Origin: Vicugna vicugna | Lineage: Eukaryota | Assembly: GCA_013265495.1 (NCBI GenBank) | Contig: MU058337.1 | Location: forward strand, 5,374,716-5,438,715 | DNA: 64,000 bases | Direction: 5' to 3' | Shown: positions 42,880-56,061 of the stretch, piece by piece | How the letters are laid out: every line of letters begins with the position of its first letter | Numbering within the stretch: the stretch's first letter is position 1 | The notes under the pieces: generated by a model | Told to the model about the DNA's origin: nothing | The model's input: the letters and a program-made list of their open reading frames with translations, nothing else | Databases searched by the model: none | Program-made: the position numbers and the translations under genes

Positions 42880-43088
42880 GTTGCCATGTCATTCATCAAA
42901 ATTCTAGGAAGGAGACTTGCCTGGCTTCCAGAGACTTGATTTGCAGCATTTTCCACACTGACTGCATTGTCAGTGCTAAAAAATATCTTGAGAATGGGAG
43001 TTACAATCTCAGAAAAAAAATCGTTAGTTATCCGGACTATTTTAATAATTATTCTCCACTTTGCCATTGAAATCAGTGACTCACCCTG
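42880..43088 (-). mobile_element. Tc1/mariner-type DNA transposon end (MARNA-like)
   Basis: Ends in ...ttgccattgaaatcagtgactcaccctg|ta, a CAGGGTG terminus with a TA target site. Family name from recall. Confidence 0.5.
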
Positions 43089-45735
43089 TATCAATATGGA
43101 CCACAAAATAAGGAGGTGGATGTATTATACCAGTTGTATATTACATGGCAGAATAGATACGTGTGTTGCTAGTTAATATTATGGAATGCTAGAGATCTGT
43201 TAAAAGCAGCAAACATCCAATGCATGAAAATGTAAGTATGAGTTTGAATTTCTTTTTTAAAGCATCGCACATGCTAAATACCGCTGTGTCAAAAGTATGT
43301 GTGTGCTTTTTTTAACAAAGCTCAAGAGGAGATGAAGAGAAAAATCATTAGCCTTTTTTTTCCCCTGAAATTATATCTTCAAGAAACATAGTGATTTAGT
43401 ATTCGTGCCCCCTTATCAATTTAAATATTATATAAATCGAAGTTATGAAAAATAAGTAATGCACACAACAGGTTGACTAGTAATTTTAGAACCAGCAAAA
43501 TGTAAAGATAAAAGTATTTCAGGTAGATGATGACACTCTTGTGACTCAATGTGACAAATCCCAGTAAAAATGCTTTGGTCTTATCAATAGTGTTGTGACG
43601 GGAACCTGTGAATCACATTTAATGGCTATGGAAAACCTTTGGCGCAGCGTAGGCAGCACTTGTAGTAGGTAGACATCGACTAAAAATAAGATCCAGACGT
43701 CAAGATAATGGGTTCAGGTCATTAACCAGCATCATCTCAGCTTTCTATAAAAACAGAACAAACAACAACAGCACAACACTGAGAGGACTGAGGAATGGCT
43801 CTTGCTATCAGAATAAGGGTCTGTCCCCCACTCCTGGGACTTTGGCAGGGGAAAAGTGGCTGACACACAAGTCGGCCTGCACCCCCGTCCAATTCTGCAC
43901 AGCACCAGCTTTGTAGGCAAATAATGTCTCATTGACAGTGTAAATTAAATATGATGGAAACCCAGCTGCCACTCTCCCTTCACTTCTATTTCTTTATCGC
44001 AGTGGTTACTGCCACCTGATTAGAGTCTGAGAAAAGCACTACAAAGTAATTCTCACCTCTCCGCAGTCAGCTGCAGACTTACCTTGGACTCCTGCATCTT
44101 CTGTTTCCACTCCAGAGAGACAGTCCAAGCCAGTCCTTAGTCATCCTGCACCCCGAGGGCCAAGTGGTCACCTGGGCATGGTGCCCTGCACGTCAGGAAC
44201 GTGGTGACAAGGATCCAGAAAAGTCCATGTCCAAACAGAGTTTGAGGAGGAAACTCGAGCTCCACACACATTTTTGAACAGTTTCGACTTTCACCACCCA
44301 GGCATCAGTGTTGATTAAGCAGGGAGGCCTGAACATTCAAAGATGTTGAGGGAACTTGGGTTTCAGGGTGGCTGAAAGCAGACTCTCAGCTTTCTCGTAT
44401 ACTGGTCTTCAACCTGCTGCCAGCCCCCTCCCAAGAGTTTGTCTCGACGCTGTTAGCGAGGGGCCCCCAACTGCATCTTTCCCAGCAGAGCCGAAGTGTC
44501 TCCTTGTTGAGTCTTGCCTTCTCTCTGTCCTGAAAATCAAACTCTTGTCTCCGTGAGAAGGAGGAAGTGCAGCTAGAATCCCCCAGCTACCTCTCCGTCC
44601 ATGGCCCTGAGGGCAGCTTTTCTCTCTTTCCTCCGAAGGAATGTATAAAATGCACTGTTTTTTAAATAAAGTAACACAGCGTTACCTATTTCATACCCTT
44701 TTATCAAACCGCGCTTAACACTGTCTAGTTACTGTTTCAGTGAGCCAGTTTAAAATGACTGCGTTACATGCATTTAAAAAGAACAAAAAAACCAGAACAT
44801 CTGAAAGGAAAGATTTAACAGAGAAGAAACTGACACTGTCACATGGTGATTGTGTGTGATTCTTACAGCCTGCCTGTCACACTTCCTGATCTCCCTTGGT
44901 GGCATCAGGGCAGATGCGCACCCCCTGCCCCACCTCTCGGCCCCCCCCAGCCCCTCCCAGGCAGCCGTGCTCAGGCCATACTGAGCTGCACACCAGACCC
45001 CTAAGCAGCCACGTGCTCCCAAGGCCCTGTCCTCGCTCATGCCACCTGGAAAGCCTTTCTCATGATTCTCTCCCTGCTATAATCCTCCTTCTCCTTGACA
45101 TCTTGGTGGCACGTGGTTGGACTCTTTATCAGCCCCTCACAACCTCAGATGAGCAGTGTTCAGAGAAGCCCCAGATCAGCTCTCAGAAACCTCAGTGCTC
45201 AGATGGCCCAGAACTGAGCGTGTGGGGCTCTGATCGGGTTTAGTTTCTGGTTGTGTGCACTGCCCGCCCCCCAACCCCCAACCCCTGCTCCCATTTTCCT
45301 TCACATCCCTGCTTTCTGAAAGGAAATAACGTTTTCTGGGGGTGAAGCATGAGGGAGGCGGATGGGCCTAGAGAGAAGCAGGGAGGCCGCGAGGTTGGAT
45401 GGTGGGGCGGCCTTCCACACTCAGGGACAAAGGCAGTACTGGTACACACCTGGGGGTGTTGACACCCAAAACTTATAGCCACTTCTCGTCTGAACTTGAA
45501 GGAAGACAGCCTTGTTGGGGGGCCCACACGGACAAGGGGCAGCCCGGACCGAGCTGGGCAGCTGCCTGAGAGCTCTGGGTAGAGAGAGAGCCTGAAAGAC
45601 CTCCCGCCCAGAACCGCTGTCCCTTCGCCCCCACCTGGAACAGCAGAACTTCGCAGCCTCCCTGAGAGTTGAGAGCCAGGATGTGGGAAAAACACCGCTG
45701 TTGAAACAACCGCTCAAGCCAGAGTCCAGGCAGAG

Positions 45736-46184
45736 CAGAGAGGGTTGAATGGGGGGGGGTGACTCAAAAGATACATATATCCATGTCCGAACTCCCAGGC
45801 ACGTGAATGTGGCCTTATTTGAAAAAAATGGTCCTTTCAGATGCAATTAAACTAAGGATCTTGAGATGAGATTATTGTGGATTATGAGGGGAGGGCTAAC
45901 TATATCCAGTGACAAGTGTCCCCATGAGAGATAGATGAGGACAAGACCCTGGAAGAAAGAGGACAAGGCCGTGTGGAGACAGGACAGAGATGGGGGTAAT
46001 GCAGCCACAAGTCAGGGGAAGCCGGGGCCGCTAGAGGCTGGAAGAGGCACCGAAGGATCCTCCCCCAGAGCCTCCTACCGACAAACTCAATTTTGGACTT
46101 CTGGCCTCGAGAGCAGTCACAGATATCTTTCGTTTTAAGCCGCAAAGCTTGTGCAACTTGTAGCACTTTTAGGAAATTAGCACA
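45736..46184 (+). mobile_element. MaLR solo LTR (MLT1B/C-like)
   Basis: gtgaatgtggccttatttgaaaa, aaggatcttgagatgag, gctggaagaggca, ttttggacttctggcctc; ends aaattagcaca. Confidence 0.8.
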
Positions 46185-46832
46185 AGGGTGTCACTGAGAA
46201 TCAGAGGCCTTAGCAGGAGCTGCAGGAACTGAGGTGGTGATCAGTTCGGCAGAGACGAAGCCCAGAGTCCCCCAGGTAAGAGCCCTCACTGCCCCAATGG
46301 GGAACAGAGGACAGGTTGCATGACCACAGTGGACCAGACGCCAGTGACAGTCGCCTCTTTGACCTTAAGCCAGCCCTATGAAGGAAAGGAGCATTTATTC
46401 ACATGTAACTGAATTTCAAAGGACTAAATTGGATTCATGTAGCAAGATTCAGTCTTCAGCCGTCAACATAAATGGAGGGCTTATGGACTAGATCCAACTG
46501 ATTTGTAAAAATATCAAGAAACTATTTTAGTTTCGCCTGAGTTTACGTCTGTGTATTTTCATAGGCTATACGATGCACCAGGGTTGTAGAGGGAGGATTA
46601 AATGAAAAAAATGATATATCGCTGCCATTTGTTGAGCTATTATTATTATAGCCACCACATCTTACAAATGGGGGCACTGAAACTGGGTAGGCTAGTGGCT
46701 GCCACGTAGCTCATGACTGGCCAAGCTTATTTGCCAACTCAGGTCTGCAACCACAGAGCTCAATCAACTGCTTGTCGAATTTAATCAAATAATGTGACCT
46801 CGCTGTCATTGAGGAGCCTGCCATCTGTCTGG

Positions 46833-47441
46833 TATTGGGGAAATAATTAAAAATAAAATCTGCTGATAACCCAGAAAGCCTCCACCAAGGTAGACAAGAA
46901 AGAAAATAGTTTTATTATTGAATAAGCACTCCACCAGGCTGTGGTGGGTACCACAGGCCGTCCACCAAAGTGATGCCAAAGACAGTACACATCTCCACAT
47001 CACATCCAGGCTCTCAGGATGAAAACAGGTAGTCCTCAGGAAGACTCGACAGCACCTTTTGTTGAATACAGTTCCCCCTAAATTCACCTGGTAACTGGGG
47101 TGGCCATCTGTGATGGCAAATGCCTGTATCCAAAGGAAAATAAAGCTTTTCTTATCTCCATGATAAATAGGTAGTTTTGCAATGTGGATCCAGGTGGCTA
47201 AGTTGTGCTCCTACCTTCTCATGGAGAAGGGGAGATAAGGCACCCTTCCTGGGTTGTAAAATGATGAGACTTATTTAGCTTTTAAAAAGACTTATATACA
47301 TCTCAAAGGGACAGAGGAAGAATTTATAAGCATAAGTTTTCCAAAGGATGTGCTCTAAGCAAAGGGAGGGAAACTGTGGCTTTCCCTTTTTTAATCAGGG
47401 AAATACTATTTTTTCTTTTTGGATTTGTGTTTGCCCTTTCA
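46833..47441 (-). mobile_element. ERV1-class solo LTR (MER89/MER90-like) with 4-bp TSD CTGG
   Basis: Termini ta(TG-decayed)ttggggaaat ... gccctttca are flanked by CTGG at 46829-46832 and 47442-47445; a 4-bp TSD is typical of ERV1. AATAAA lies on the minus strand near 46910. Confidence 0.8.
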
Positions 47442-48425
47442 CTGGAGACATAGGAAAAGCTGTTAGGTCAGGGCCCAGAGCAGTGCCTGCTCAGGAACCC
47501 ATGAGAGATAGAAGTGGAGGGAAACAGGCCACACAGCCGAGACCTCCAAGTGGCCTCTCTGAATCTGGACGAGGAGGCAGGAGAAGGGAGACAACTCCTC
47601 TGATAGGACTTTTGATGATAACATCAAGGTCACAGGAAGAGAGCTAGACTGGGAGTGAACTAGAATGTCCTTTTAGAATAATGTCTGGTTTACAGCAAGC
47701 CTGAATATATCCATGCCCAGGTGTCCATGGTATGGCAGACGTGATGACATCAGTAAAAAATCTGGCCTGGACCACTCTGTATCCTCTTTAAGTGCTGGTA
47801 GGATCTCAAAGGATGTTGTTATTAGAACAAAGGGTGCTAGCACTCGTCCCAAGCCAAGCATATCCTGTCAAAATTTAATAATATTTGAAGATTTTTTTTC
47901 TTGTCATATACTCATTAAACTTGGAAAAGAGCTAGCCATTAACTTCTGCATAATAATCTCTCTGGTGCTTAAGGGTCATGACTAAATTGCCTTGATTTTC
48001 TTAACTTTATACTTAACAGTCTAATATTAACAAATGGGAATAATTTGTTAAGAGCAATATTGAAAGGAAGAATATAAATTAGGAATGAAAAAGATTATCA
48101 CATTGATGTGGGACTTTAGAGAGTTTATAGTTGAAAAGGGACTAGAAATTAAAGTATATTTAAATTCTGCTTTTTTGTTGTTTTCTTTCTTTTACCTCAT
48201 TTATACATTCCAAATGAAGCATATGCCTTTTTCAAAGTTCTCAAATATGGTGAAATACAAAGAAAAAAGGAGAGAAAAACACTTTTTTCCCAAAGGCAGG
48301 CACCATTAACATTTCTAAAGTGCCTCCTCCTCGCATTTTCCCTATTATTCTTTTTTGTGCGTACTTGCAACTTCTACCACAGAACCTTATTTTCTATTTT
48401 TTTCAGTACTGTTAAAATTCATGAG

Positions 48426-48961
48426 TGTATTTGTCATCTGTTGTTACATAACAAATTATGAACAACTTAAGAGCTTATAGCAATAAACATTTATTATCTC
48501 ACATGGTTTCTGCAGGTCAGGAATCTGGGACAGGCTTCGCTGGGGGTTTCTAGTTCAGAGTGTCTCATGAGTTTGCAGTCAAGACGCTGGCTGTGGCTAA
48601 AGTCACCTGAAGGCTTTAATGGGGCTGGGAGAGCTACTTCTAAGTTGGGTCCCTCATATGGCTGTTGGCAGGGGGCCTCAGTTCATTACCACACGGGCCT
48701 CTCCAGAGGGCCACTTGAGTGTCCTTAGGACATGGCACCTGGCTTCCACCAGAATGAGTGATCCTAGAGAGAGCAAGGTGAAAACCACGGTATGTTTTAT
48801 TACCTAGCCTCATATAAGTCACTCATGATCATTTCTGTAACCTATTAGTTACACAGACCAGCCGTATTCAACATGGGAGGAACTCTCAGGAGTGCGAACA
48901 CCAGGGACTCACAATTGTGAATGTGAACCCAGGGAGCCATCTTGCAGACTAAGCTATCACA
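48426..48961 (-). mobile_element. MaLR solo LTR (MLT1F-like), reverse
   Basis: tgtatttgtc...acatttattatctcacatggtttctgcaggtcaggaatctggga...ggctgttggcagggggcctcagttc...gagtgatcctagagagagcaagg...gccatcttgcagactaagctatcaca. Confidence 0.85.
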
Positions 48962-49430
48962 GTGGCAATTTGTAATGGCTACATGAATGTTACAATAGAG
49001 ATCTCTACAACTGTGTTAGCTAAGTACATCAGGCTAAATATTACCCCCAGTATTTCATTTTTACAAATAACTCTGCCAAGCACTTTGTATATAAGGACTT
49101 TCAGCAGTACTTCAGGTTATTTTCTTTGGATATAGGCTCAGAAGTAAGATTGTTGTGTTTTTTAAAAAGCGATTTCTTATTTTTTTATTTTGCATCAGCT
49201 TTATAAAGCAAATTAATAGTTTATATTCCTTATTTTAGGTAACATTATGCATTTCCTTTAATGTGTTTGTGATAAACCCCTTAAAATACCTATACAGTGA
49301 TTCACAACTGCATATTTATTTAATACATTCTATAGAGTGTATATTGTACGTAGCTATTCTGCGTAATATATATAGTATTTTGATATTTATGACATGTGAG
49401 TTTTTTCATTATTATTTAACCATTTTATAG

Positions 49431-49523
<93 letters not shown>

Positions 49524-50544
49524 TAAAAAATAAAAGCAAAACATGTGCTTACAGGTAATATTAAGGCAGTTCAAGCCACAAAGTAAAAAAATATATATTT
49601 TAATAAGACAGTTGAAGTCGGCAAATAATGTTCTTTTAACGTTTCCCTAATATCAACAAAGGAAATTTTCTATTGCTTTATAATTATCCTAGGAATATTT
49701 TTATATTATTATTTTGAGTAGAAGTATGATAGATATTGTGTAGTCAATTGAATTTGGATTCTCCTTCTGCCATTAAATGAAGGTTGTTTGGAAATGAAAT
49801 GCTTCGGGGCCACATTACCATTTAGCATAATCATGTGTAATACTCTTCATCATCATCATAAAAATATTAAGCATAAACTTGCCTGACTGCTAGACAGTAA
49901 GAGAGAATTTAGTTTGGGTGCCCAAAGCGATTATACGAAATGGGATAGAATAATTGATCAACTGTGTGCCCAGTTATATATGCAATGGTAGTCGGTGAAG
50001 AAAAATGAAACATATTTGATGTAAAGATACCCACTGTGAGCATATCAAGGAAGGATTTAAACTCTTCCCTGACCTGCAGCCACATAAGCAAATGGCTATC
50101 TGGGCATGGTGGACATGACTTCTTCCAGATCTTTTCAATTTGTGGCAACAGCGGTAGGTTCTTCAAAAGAGATCTGGGAAGTTCTCTACGCCATTGATGC
50201 AAATACTTACCATGGATTCTAGTAGAAGAAATAGGTAATTAGTGAATTCAAAATTGAAATCGATCAACTATATAATTAGACACAAACAATAAATGTCTGT
50301 TGCTGTGTAATGACCACCTTGGTCCTTGCTTTACAAATCTGGTGTTTATTTAAAGATTTAATTGAGTTTACTCTATTTTTATTATTCCCAGACAGAGAGG
50401 AGGATAGGAAGAATGTGAAAAATTATTTGATTTTCTTAATGCTTCGAGTTCCAGAAAGCACTCTGTATTCCAGAGCCTGTCTTTATGCAGTTAAAACTTC
50501 TTTTTCATCTTTTACCCTTTCCACCAACTAGTTTGTAGGTTCTT

Positions 50545-50790
50545 ACAGTGACAGTCACACTTGCTGAGCACTAGCTCAGGGGCAGGTACTTTGTATTTTC
50601 ACTTATTTAAATTTCACAGCAACCATGTGATGCAGGTATTATTAATAGCTCCATCTTACAGGTGAGGAAATTAAGGCACAGAGAAGTTAAGTAACTTGCC
50701 TGAGGTCACACAGCTAATAAGTGGTAGAGTTAGGATTTGAACCCCGGCAATTTGGACCCAAAGCCCAGACTCAACCTCTACACTGTATTG
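50545..50790 (-). mobile_element. Near full-length MIR SINE
   Basis: ccatcttacaggtgaggaaattaaggcacagagaagttaagtaacttgcctgaggtcacacagctaataagtggtagagttaggatttgaacc is a well-preserved MIR core. Confidence 0.9.
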
Positions 50791-51694
50791 AGTCACACTC
50801 AAGCTATGTAAATGCCAAATGTGGGTCATGCCTCTTGTGGAGACTCACACACGGGACTGCTGATTACTTGTTGATAAATAATGACGTTTTAGATGGCAGG
50901 GACATCATTACAGTCATGAAATAACTGATGTGATGTTTTCTGAGGAGTGGAGGTGAATTAAGTGACCCAGTCATTAAAACTATTGCAAGTCGTTCTTTGT
51001 TTCCCCTCAAAAAGCTGACAATCTAATTGGGGCCACTGGAGTTAAGACTTTGACAGAAGGTTAGAGCTAAGATGCTTACCATTCACTTCCCTCAGGGACC
51101 TTCTGGAACGATGACTCTCCTTAGACACAGATGTATCTCTTGCATCGTATTAATATTTTAGAGAGGCCTTTAGAGACTTTTAATGTACTTTATTATGATT
51201 GTGGTAAAAACAATTGTGTTAAAATATACATCTTGGTTCGCAGAGATTTTTCAAGAGTAATAGAAACCAGAGTGGTCACCTGTAAAGTGGAGACGTTAAA
51301 TATGCAACACTGAACAAGGCTATTAGAAAAGAAAGTCAGTTCTAGTGCTTGGAAGAGAGATTGTGTCCCTGGAGGTGGCCAGGATAGGAGACAATGGTAG
51401 AGAGCTGAACAGTACAGTGGAGAAACTGGAATGAAGGAGAAGAAAGAAGTGGAGAAGTGAGCAAGGAAAACAGTCAAGAGATGAAATTAAAGGAAAAAGC
51501 ATAGATTATGAATATAACCTGGTGATAAAGGGGGAGAAATGTGACTGAACCCAAAGTCAGATGGCCCAATGGCCAAGGACTGCAGAGCCTTTCAGGGAGA
51601 AGCTCTGAGGACAAGTCGAGTCTGCAGGATCAATTGTGATGGAGTTGCATTTTTGTTAAGTAGAAATGTGCTACTTACCTTTTCCCCATTATGT

Positions 51695-51938
51695 TCTTTT
51701 TTTTTTTAATTGAAGTATAGTTGATTTACAATGTGTTGATTTCTGGTGTACCGCATAGTGATTCATTTACTATACGTGTGTGTGTGTGTGTGTGTGTGTG
51801 TGTTCCTTTTCATATTCTTTTTCATTATAGGCCATTACAAGGCATTGAATATAGTTCCCTGTGCTAGACAGTAGGACCTTGGGAGTTCGGGATTTGCAGA
51901 TACTAACTACTATGTATAAGATGGATAAACAACAAGGT
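51695..51938 (-). mobile_element. LINE-1 3' end with 5' inversion (twin priming); contains a (TG)n tract at about 51776-51803
   Basis: Poly-T and reverse L1 3' UTR run to about 51881, then a forward-oriented upstream L1 segment runs 51882-51938. TSD CCCCATTA[TG/CA]T at 51684-51694 and 51939-51949. Confidence 0.88.
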
Positions 51939-54194
51939 CCCCATTACATCACCTCCCTGCCCTTTAAGACTGTGGTTTCCAACCAGGTATGCTGACCTGT
52001 GAGGCTGCTCAGGAGGAACTGTGGAACCAGGGGCCTTTTTCAACACTTACGGGAACCTAAAGGGAACTGCGCGTTTACCCTGTCAGAAAGCCAGCCGTGC
52101 TGACAAAATGCCAACTCTCATAGTTTCAGCTGGAAATTTGTGACTTCTAGGCGGCAGCACTGCTTCCCTGGTGCTGAAGCTCTGAAGGCTCCTCCCATGA
52201 GCTTTTTCCTTTAAGGAAAAAGAAGCAACGCTGAATTATTTGTTACTTAATAAAGGCATTTTGATAGACAAAAACAATTAAAGATAGGATTCAGAGGAGA
52301 ATCATAAAAGGAATCCTTGGGGATGACTTCTGATAGGTTCTAATAAAAGCACTCTTCCCCAGCACACCCCTCTCCGCGATACCAACAGTGTGGTGCCTCT
52401 GCAGCCACTAATGGAGCTTTTCCATAGTCACTCTTGAAAATAAATAACGTTCTGAAAAATCATGCCAATTATGCACCCACATAAAATCCATCTCCTGCTT
52501 TCCTAGCGGCAGTACAGCGCAACAGTCCTTTCATAGCTGCCATCATTTATGTGACCCCAGATCTAATTAAAGAGAGACCACGATTGTCTTTTCAGCATCC
52601 TCGCAACCCAATGCGAGACCTGGAGATACACAGAGACAGAGATAGAGAGAGAGAATGGTTCTTTATATAAGACCAGGAAATTGACTAGAAATGAGATTGC
52701 CTGTGAGTGTGTAACTTGGCTGCTGAGAAGCCAGATCAGTTCGGATAGAGGCTTAAACCCACCTTGACCCACTGCTATCCTCTGAACAGTGGTAGGAGAC
52801 ACAGTGACCCTGATGCTCTGTGATGTAGCAAAAACACTGGAGAATATAGGCAGAGCTTGGCTGACTTTGAAAACGAAGAGAATTCTTGCAGCCTTAATGA
52901 TTTTTTGCAAATTCAGTACAAGACAGATATAAAGGGTTTTCTTTTAAGCAGTGGAAAATTCATTAAACTATGAGGGAAAAAAAAACCCATAGAGAAGCCT
53001 CAGGGAAAGAAAATCATTGAAAAAGGAAGTGTAGATAGTCTGTTCAGATTAAATTCAAAGCTCTGAAATTAAAGCCATTTCCCCAGCTCTGCAACAAGTC
53101 CCATTTGAGTCTTGGTTCAGATTTGACAATGTCTGGTCTTTGATGGTGTCCAGTGCATTGTGGGGGTGGGCATGTAAAGAGGCTCCTCTCTCTTATTGAT
53201 TGTGATTTTTTTTTAACAGAAACCACAAAAATCATAGTCCTTTTTAAAATATGAGCTCCAGGTTAATGTTTCTCTATAGCCATACTTGGAAGCTTTCCTT
53301 TTCATCTCTTGTCCTCCTTGTATCCTGTATTGAAGTCATTCCAGAGTTCGGGCAGTGACAAGGAGACCAGGCGTGGCCAGAGTATCCATTCAGCAAAGCC
53401 CTGGTTGCCGACCCCTGATCTGAGTCAAACCCACAGTTTTCACAGTATTTTGTCCACCTCTCACGGGTGAATTCATTCTAATATAGCGTGAGAGAGGGAT
53501 GCAGCTGCTACAATAATTAATATTCCCTGTTGAAAACTACCTCATGCTCCGCCTCATATGAAATTGTGGAATTTAATCCTGATGCTAAAGACACAGACAC
53601 TGAGATTCAGGGGGATAAATTTCTTGCCCAAGTTCATGCAGTTTGTATGTGCTGAAATTGAGATAACTTGGGCTTTCTGACTCTAACGCAGATGCCGCAG
53701 TGCCTGCTCAGAGAATCAGTTCATTCATTCATATTATGAGATGTGTGTCTGGAAAATGGGTCGGTTGCGACGCTTACATTTGTGGGTCAGCAGATTCTCT
53801 CCCTGCGGGTGTGTAGACTGAAGGTCAAATTGTAATCAGAACACAGCTGAGTGAGCTGGGAATCAGTGTGAGGTGTGGAGAGGAGGGTTGTGTGATTCAG
53901 ATACACGATGGCATCAGGTTAATGTCATTTGAGGTGGCCCTTTCATAGGCGGGATGTTGCTACTCAGAGGCTAGATCTGTGCACTTGTGATCCTGGGGTC
54001 TGAGTGCTCATCTGCTGTGCCGCAGATATCGTGTTGGGGCACCGGACATAATGATGACCCAGCCGTTGTCCCTGCCTTCGAATAGCTTGTGAGCTGGTGG
54101 GAGAAAGTGAGGAGCAACAGAGACTATGGGGGGTTATGAAGACACACATGTGGGAGACACACCTAACAGATGATGAAATTAGGGATGTTTCCTC

Positions 54195-54475
54195 CCAATG
54201 ACAAAAAGATAAATTCGGTATGACTCCATTTATATGAGGTGTCTGAAGTCATCAAATTCATAGACACAGGGTAGCATGCTGGTTGCCGGGGCAAGGAGGA
54301 GTTGCTGTACAATGACTGTGGAGTTTTAGCTTTAAGAGATGAAAAGGTTCTACAGCTCTCTTGCACAACCATGTGCGTGTAAGTAACACTACTGAGCCGA
54401 ACCCTTAAAAATGACTAAGACGGCAAATTTTATGTTTTATGTTTCTGACTGTATTTTTTTTAATTTTTAATAAAA
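54195..54475 (+). mobile_element. L1MB-like 3' terminus
   Basis: tatgactccatttatatgaggtgtctgaagtcatcaaattcatagacacag...gatgaaaaggttct...cttaaaaatgactaagacggcaaattttatgtt. Confidence 0.8.
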
Positions 54476-55281
54476 CATTGGTCACCATATGAGTAAGGAG
54501 GTAGTGGTGGCAGTGATGAGGGAAGGCTCGGGGGTTTGGATGGTGCAGAAGTTGGGCTGCAGAAGGTGAGGAGTGATGACAGAGGAGGAAGTGAAGATAA
54601 ATGGCCAGCTGTTCCCTCTCAGATGTCTCATACTCTTAAGTTTCCAGACAGACCACCTAGTTGGCTGGCTGATTCTTCGTCTTTTTTCAAGCTATGTTAG
54701 CATCATTTACTACATTGCTACCCAGCTTTTTTTTTCCATTACAGTATGGGTAGAGAATGATATTTGTACACCAGCTGGGGTTCACATGGAGGCATCCGAT
54801 GTCTAGGATTCCTGCTGCTCCGGGAGACACTCAGCTGCCCAGGGACCAGAGGATCAATACCCTGAAGAAGCTGTAAATCGTCCATGGGCGAGGGTTGGGA
54901 ACCTTTGACATTTTACTCAAAACCGTTGATGTTGCCCACCCTCCACTTGAAGCCGCTCTCCCAGTCAGTTGGTCAGAGATGATTCCTGGTTGTCAGTTTA
55001 CATCTTATTGCTCATAACTCTACATAATTTATATCTCAGAAGATCATCTTATGATAGCATTTGATCTGCTATTTCTAATATAGCTTCATTTTTAGGGTTA
55101 ATTTATAATCTGATGTCACATTAAGACATAAATAGCAATAAGATCAGCTTAAAGAGCTGAAGTAGCAAAGACGGGACTATTCAGACCTGGGCTCATGCTA
55201 ATAGATCACAACAGAGGCTAAGAATTTGGGGATATCAATTATCAGCATAAAACCACAGCGTAGAAGGGAGAGAAAGACAAG

Positions 55282-55492
55282 ACGGGTAGGAGGTTGAGGT
55301 ACACCCTACCTTGTATAAAATAAATAAGCTACAAGGATGTATCATACAGCACAGAGAATATAGACAATATATATTTTATAATAACCATAAAAATGGAGTA
55401 TAACCTTTAAAAATTGTGAAGCCCTGTGTTGTATCCCTGAAACTTTTATAGTATTGTAAATCAACTATATCTCAATTTGAAAAATAAAAAGA
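55282..55492 (+). mobile_element. LINE-1 3' terminus (artiodactyl L1-like)
   Basis: taaaataaataagctacaaggatgtatcatacagcacagagaatatag...attgtaaatcaactatatctcaatt followed by an A-rich tail. Confidence 0.8.
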
Positions 55493-55633
55493 AAAGACAG
55501 CAGCTAAAAATTTAAAAGTCAGTGCGAAAAAGGGGAAACAGCCAACTGGAATTTGGGGTTAAAAAGGTAATAGTTAGGGGTTCAGGAAGTCAAAGCAAAA
55601 CTAAGGAGGTACCTTTTAGAATTAATGTCCTCC

Positions 55634-56061
55634 TGTTAGGGGTTGAATTGTGTCCCTCAGAAGAATATGTTGAAGCCCTAACTTCTAGTACCTGTGACTG
55701 TGACCTTACTTGGAAACAGGGTATTTGCAGTTGAAATCAAGTTAAGATGAGGTGTCATTAGGGTGAGCCTGGATTCAGGATGACTGAGGTCCCTGTACTA
55801 AAGGAGAGGAGACAGACACAGAAAGAGAGAGACTGGAGTGATACGTTTACAAGCTAAGGAACACCCGGGATGCTGACTGTCACCAGAAGCTAGGAGAGAA
55901 TCTTGGAACAGACCCTCCCTCAAAACTTCCAGAAGGAACCAAGCTCATAGACACTTTGATTTGGGACCTCCCGCCTCCAGACCTGTGAGACAGTAAATCT
56001 CTGCTGTTCCAGGTCACCAGTTTTTGGTGCCGTGTTACAGCAGCCCTCAAAAGCTAACACA
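55634..56061 (+). mobile_element. MaLR solo LTR (MLT1C/B-like)
   Basis: TG...CA termini (tgttaggggttgaattgtgtccc ... aagctaacaca), a near-perfect 5-bp TSD (cctcc/cctgc) and internal MLT1 motifs. Confidence 0.87.

Noticed and set aside
52155..52178. REST/RE1-like motif (ggtgctgaa); similar half-sites at about 16888 and 63560
   Set aside because: Only one half-site matches in each case, with no canonical 21-bp RE1.
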